NCBI GenBank assembly: GCA_964016885.1
Contig: OZ024741.1
Location: 24,862,001-24,926,000, forward strand
Reading direction: 5' to 3'
DNA: 64,000 nucleotides
DNA from: Eledone cirrhosa
Taxonomy: Eukaryota
Below, piece after piece: positions 57,801-64,000 of the stretch. Numbering within the stretch: position 1 is the stretch's first letter; every line of letters begins with the position of its first letter. The notes beneath the pieces are model-generated. The model made no database searches, was not told where the DNA came from, and saw only the letters and a program-made list of their open reading frames with translations. Both the position numbers and the translations under genes were made by a program.

Positions 57801-60800
57801 AACAACATAGACAGTGTCTTTTATTAGAAATATGGTAATGAAAGAGTTAAACAACATAGACAGTGTCTTTTATTAGAAATATGGTAATGAAAGGGTTAAA
57901 CAACATAGACAGTGTCTTTTATTAGAAATATGGTAATGAAAGGGTTAAACAACATAGACAGTGTCTTTTATTAGAAATATGGTAATGAAAGGTTTAAAGA
58001 ACATAGACAGTGTGTTTTATTAGAAATATGGTAATGAAAGGGTTAAACAACATAGACAGTGTCTTTTATTAGAAATATGGTAATGAAAGGGTTAAACAAC
58101 ATAGACAGTGTCTTTTATTAGAAATATGGTAATGAAAGATTTAAACAACATAGACAGTGTGTTTTATTAGAAATATGGTAATGAAAGGGTTAAACAACAT
58201 GTACAGTGTCTTTTATTAGAAATATGATAAAGAAAGGGTTAAAAAACATGTACAGTGTCTTGTTTTAGAAATATGGTATTGAAAGGGTTAAACAACATAG
58301 ACAGTGTCTTTTATTAGAAATATGGTAATGAAAGGGTTAAACAACATAGACAATGTCTTTTATTAGAAATATGGTAATGAAAGGGTTAAACAACATAGAC
58401 AGTGTCTTTTACTAGAAATATGGTAATGAAAGGGTTATACAACATAGACAGTGTCTTTTATTGGAAATATGATAATGAAAGGGTTAAACAACATAGACAG
58501 TGTCTTTTATTAGAAATATGGTAATGAAAGGGTTAAACAACATGGACAGTGTCTTTTATTAGAAATATGGTAATGAAAGGGTTAAACAACATAGACAGTG
58601 TCTTTTATTAGAAATATGATAATGAAAGGGTTAAACAACATAGACAGTGTCTTTTATTAGATATAGGGTAATGAAAGGGTTAAACAACATAGACAGTGTC
58701 TTTTTTTAGAAATATGGTAATGAAAGGATTAAACAACATAGACAGTGTCTTTTATTAGAAATATGGTAATGAAAGGGTTTAACAACATAAACAGTATCTT
58801 TTATTAGAAATGTGGTAATGAAAGGGTTAAACAACATAGACAGTGTCTTTTATTAGAAATATGGTAATGAAAGGGTTACACAACATAGACAGTGTCTTTT
58901 ATTAGAAATATGGTAATGAAAGGGTTAAACAACATAGACAGTGTCTTTTATTAGAAATATGGTAATGAAAGGGTTAAACAACATAGACAGTGTCTTTTAT
59001 TAGAAATATGATAATGAAAGGTTTAAACAACATAGACAGTGTCTTTTATTAGAAATATGGTAATGAAAGGGTTAAACAACATAGACAGTGTCTTTTATTA
59101 GAAATAGGGTAATGAAAGGGTTAAACAACATAGACAGTGTCTTTTATTAGAAATATGATAATGAAAGGGTTAAACAACATAGACAGTGTCTTTTATTAGA
59201 AATATGATAATGAAAGGGTTAAACAACATAGACAGTGTCTTTTATTAGAAATATGGTAATGAAAGGGTTAAACAACATAGACAGTGTCTTTTATTAGAAA
59301 TATGGTAATGAAAGGGTTAAACAACATAGATAGTGTCTTTTATTAGAAATATGGTAATGAAAGGGTTAAACAACATAGACAGTGTCTTTTATTAGAAATA
59401 TGATAATGAAAGGGTTAAACAACATAGACAGTGTCTTTTATTAGAAATATGGTAATGAAAGAGTTAAACAACATAGACAGTGTCTTTTATTAGAAATATG
59501 GTAATGAAAGGGTTAAACAACATAGACAGTGTGTTTTGTTAGACATATGGTAATGAAAGGGTTAAACAACATAGACAGTGTCTTTTATTAGATATAGGGT
59601 AATGAAAGTGTTAAACAACATAGACAGTGTCTTTTATTAGAAATATGGTAATGAAAGGGTTAAACAACATAGACAGTGTCTTTTATTAGAAATATGGTAA
59701 TGAAAGGGTTAAACAACATAGACAGTGTCTTTTATTAGAAATATGGTAATGAAAGGGTTAAACAACATAGACAGTGTCTTTTATTAGAAATATGGTAATG
59801 AAAGGGTTAAACAACATAGACAGTGTCTTTTATTAAATATAGGGTAATGAAAGTGTTAAAAAACATAGACAGTGTCTTTTATTAGAAATATAATAATGAA
59901 AGGGTTAAACAACAGAAATATGGTAATGATAGGGTTAAACAACATAGACAGTGTCTTTTATTAGAAATATGATAATGAAAGGGTTAAACAACATAGACAG
60001 TGTCTTTTATTAGAAATATTGTAATGAAAGGGTTAAACAACATAGACAGCGTCTTTTATTAGAAATATGGTAATGAAAGTGTTAAACAACATAGACAGTG
60101 TCTTTTATTAGAAATACAACATAGACAGTGTGTTTTATTAGAAATATGGTAATGAAAGGGTTAAACAACATAGACAGTGTCTTTTATTAGAAATATGATA
60201 ATGAAAGGGTTAAAAAACATAGACAGTGTCTTGTATTAGAAATATGGTAATGAAAGGGTTAAACAACATAGACAGTGTCTTTTATTAGAAATATGGTAAT
60301 GAAAGGGTTAAACAACATAGACAGTGTCTTTTATTAGAAATATGATAATGAAAGGGTTAAACAACATAGAGAGTGTCTTTTATTAGATATAGGGTAATGA
60401 ATGTGTTAAACAACATAGACAGTGTCTTTTATTAGAAATATGGTAATGAAAGGGTTAAACAACATAGACAGTGTCTTTTATTCGAAATATGATAATGAAA
60501 GGGTTAAACAACATAGAGAGTGTCTTTTATTAGATATAGGGTAATGAATGTGTTAAACAACATAGACAGTGTCTTTTATTAGAAATATGGTAATGAAAGG
60601 GTTAAACAACATAGACAGTGTGTTTTATTAGAAATATGGTAATGAAAGGGTTAAACAACATAGACAGTGTCTTTTATTAGAAATATGGTAATGAAAGGGT
60701 TAAACAACATAGACAGTGTCTTTTATTAAATATAGGGTAATGAAAGTGTTAAAAAACATAGACAGTGTCTTTTATTAGTAATATAATAATGAAAGGGTTA

Positions 60801-63800
60801 AACAACAGAAATATGGTAATGATAGGGTTAAACAACATAGACAGTGTCTTTTATTAGAAATATGATAATGAAAGGGTTAAACAACATAGACAGTGTCTTT
60901 TATTAGAAATATTGTAATGAAAGGGTTAAACAACATAGACAGCGTCTTTTATTAGAAATATGGTAATGAAAGTGTTAAACAACATAGACAGTGTCTTTTA
61001 TTAGAAATACAACATAGACAGTGTGTTTTATTAGAAATATGGTAATGAAAGGGTTAAACAACATAGACAGTGTCTTTTATTAGAAATATGATAATGAAAG
61101 GGTTAAAAAACATAGACAGTGTCTTGTATTAGAAATATGGTAATGAAAGGGTTAAACAACATAGACAGTGTCTTTTATTAGAAATATGGTAATGAAAGGG
61201 TTAAACAACATAGACAGTGGCTTTTATTAGAAATATGATAATGAAAGGGTTAAACAACATAGAGAGTGTCTTTTATTAGATATAGGGTAATGAATGTGTT
61301 AAACAACATAGACAGTGTCTTTTATTAGAAATATGGTAATGAAAGGGTTAAACAACATAGACAGTGTCTTTTATTCGAAATATGATAATGAAAGGGTTAA
61401 ACAACATAGAGAGTGTCTTTTATTAGATATAGGGTAATGAATGTGTTAAACAACACAGACAGTGTCTTTTATTAGAAATATGGTAATGAAAGGGTTAAAC
61501 AACATAGACAGTGTCTTTTATTAGAAATATGGTAATGAAAGGGTTAGACAACATAGACAGTGTCATTTATTAGAAATATGGTAATGAAAGGGTTAAACAA
61601 CATAGACAGTGTCTTTTATTAGAAATATGGTAATGAAAGGGTTAAACAACATAGACAGTGTCTTTTATTAGAAATATGGTAATGAAAGGGTTAAACAACA
61701 TAGACAGTGTCTTTTATTAGAAATATGGTAATGAAAGGGTTAAACAACATAGACAGTGTCTTTTATTGGAAATATGATAATGAAAGGGTTAAACAACATA
61801 GACAGTGTCTTTTATTAGAAATATGGTAATGAAAGGGTTAAACAACATGGACAGTGTCTTTTATTAGATATAGGGTAATGAAAGTGTTAAACAACATAGA
61901 CAGTGTCTTTTATTAGAAATATGGTAATGAAAGGGTTAAACAACATAGACAGTGTCTTTTATTAGAAATATGGTAATGAAAGGGTTAAACAACATAGACA
62001 GTGTGTTTTATTAGAAATATGGTAATGAAAGGGTTAAACAACATAGACAGTGTCTTTTATTAGAAATATGGTAATGAAAGGGTTAAACAACATAGACAGT
62101 GTCTTTTATTAAATATAGGGTAATGAAAGTGTTAAAAAACATAGACAGTGTCTTTTATTAGTAATATAATAATGAAAGGGTTAAACAACAGAAATATGGT
62201 AATGATAGGGTTAAACAACATAGACAGTGTCTTTTATTAGAAATATGATAATGAAAGGGTTAAACAACATAGACAGTGTCTTTTATTAGAAATATTGTAA
62301 TGAAAGGGTTAAACAACATAGACAGCGTCTTTTATTAGAAATATGGTAATGAAAGTGTTAAACAACATAGACAGTGTCTTTTATTAGAAATACAACATAG
62401 ACAGTGTGTTTTATTAGAAATATGGTAATGAAAGGGTTAAACAACATAGACAGTGTCTTTTATTAGAAATATGATAATGAAAGGGTTAAAAAACATAGAC
62501 AGTGTCTTGTATTAGAAATATGGTAATGAAAGGGTTAAACAACATAGACAGTGTCTTTTATTAGAAATATGGTAATGAAAGGGTTAAACAACATAGACAG
62601 TGGCTTTTATTAGAAATATGATAATGAAAGGGTTAAACAACATAGAGAGTGTCTTTTATTAGATATAGGGTAATGAATGTGTTAAACAACATAGACAGTG
62701 TCTTTTATTAGAAATATGGTAATGAAAGGGTTAAACAACATAGACAGTGTCTTTTATTCGAAATATGATAATGAAAGGGTTAAACAACATAGAGAGTGTC
62801 TTTTATTAGATATAGGGTAATGAATGTGTTAAACAACATAGACAGTGTCTTTTATTAGAAATATGGTAATGAAAGGGTTAAACAACATAGACAGTGTCTT
62901 TTATTAGAAATATGGTAATGAAAGGGTTAGACAACATAGACAGTGTCATTTATTAGAAATATGGTAATGAAAGGGTTAAACAACATAGACAGTGTCTTTT
63001 ATTAGAAATATGGTAATGAAAGGGTTAAACAACATAGACAGTGTCTTTTAGTAGAAATATGGTAATGAAAGGGTTAAACAACATAGACAGTGTCTTTTAT
63101 TAGAAATATGGTAATGAAAGATTTAAACAACATAGACAGTGTGTTTTATTAGAAATATGGTAATGAAAGGGTTAAACAACATAGACAGTGTCTTTTATTG
63201 GAAATATGATAATGAAAGGGTTAAACAACATAGACAGTGTCTTTTATTAGAAATATGGTAATGAAAGGGTTAAACAACATGGACAGTGTCTTTTATTAGA
63301 AATATGGTAATGAAAGGGTTAAACAACATAGACAGTGTCTTTTATTAGAAATATGGTAATGAAAGGTTTAAACAACATAGACAGTGTGTTTTATTAGAAA
63401 TATGGTAATGAAAGGGTTAAACAACATAGACAGTGTCTTTTAGTAGAAATATGGTAATGAAAGGGTTAAACAACATAGACAGTGTCTTTTATTAGAAATA
63501 TGGTAATGAAAGATTTAAACAACATAGACAGTGTGTTTTATTAGAAATATGGTAATGAAAGGGTTAAACAACATGGAAAGTGTCTTTTATTAGAAATATG
63601 ATAAAGAAAGGGTTAAAAAACATAGACAGTGTCTTGTATTAGAAATATTGTATTGAAAGGGTTAAACAACATAGACAGTGTCTTTTATTAGAAATATGGT
63701 AATGAAAGGGTTAAACAACATAGACAGTGTCTTTTATTAGAAATATGGTAATGAAAGGGTTAAACAACATAGACAATGTCTTTTATTAGAAATATGGTAA

Positions 63801-64000
63801 TGAAAGGGTTAAACAACATAGACAGTGTCTTTTATTAGAAATATGGTAATGAAAGGGTTATACAACATAGACAGTGTCTTTTATTGGAAATATGATAATG
63901 AAAGGGTTAAACAACATAGACAGTGTCTTTTATTAGAGATATGGTAATGAAAGGGTTAAACAACATGGACAGTGTCTTTTATTAGAAATATGGTAATGAA
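54820..64000. repeat. Non-adjacent duplication at 7040-bp offset (about 54820-56960 repeated at about 61860-64000)
   Basis: TGGCTTTTAT 55561/62601, GTAGAAATAT 56011/63051, TATTAGAGAT 56891/63931. 7040 = 140x49 + 6x30. Confidence 0.92.

Larger units (their letters stand above)
1..64000. repeat. 49-bp tandem satellite DNA array, about 1,300 head-to-tail monomers, truncated by both window edges
   Basis: AACAACATAG recurs at 451 and 500 and keeps this 49-bp period to the end of the window. Consensus AACAACATAGACAGTGTCTTTTATTAGAAATATGGTAATGAAAGGGTTA. Most monomers are consensus or differ by a few substitutions, and no inversion or non-repeat insert was seen. Confidence 0.99.

Noticed and set aside
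1-64000. CRISPR array (short repeat with an internal palindrome)
   Set aside because: There are no unique spacers: all 49 bp repeat contiguously. No cas genes or leader are present.
1-64000. Repetitive protein-coding ORF
   Set aside because: The + strand consensus has stops in all three frames (monomer positions 8, 25, 36, 39, 48). The minus strand has TAA in two frames, and because 49 is not a multiple of 3 the third frame meets a stop in the next monomer.
1-64000. Fixed-period higher-order repeat or a deliberate code in the variants
   Set aside because: Duplication offsets differ from one another, and nested duplication and deletion are enough to explain the variant order.

Overview
The whole 64 kb window is one uninterrupted head-to-tail tandem array (satellite DNA) of an AT-rich 49-bp monomer, consensus AACAACATAGACAGTGTCTTTTATTAGAAATATGGTAATGAAAGGGTTA (14/49 G+C, about 1,300 copies). 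All copies I read are in the same orientation, and the array runs off both ends. I see no genes, RNA genes, CRISPR spacers, inserted elements or unique sequence. An array this long and homogeneous is typical of eukaryotic heterochromatic or centromeric satellite, but I cannot name the family or organism. The information is in the variants. Diagnostic substitutions and two different 19-bp deletion monomers (30 bp each) recur in a conserved order. They show nested duplications at offsets of 98, 343, 392, 912, 1255, 1617, 3685, 3980, about 4029, 4470 and 7040 bp, and these offsets decompose exactly into whole monomers. This gives an irregular higher-order repeat structure. I found no evidence of a new protein-coding system. 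The functional ideas listed (palindrome, piggyBac-like end, 147-bp trimer, polyA signal) are hypotheses. Counts and coordinates were read by eye and may be off by a few bases or copies.
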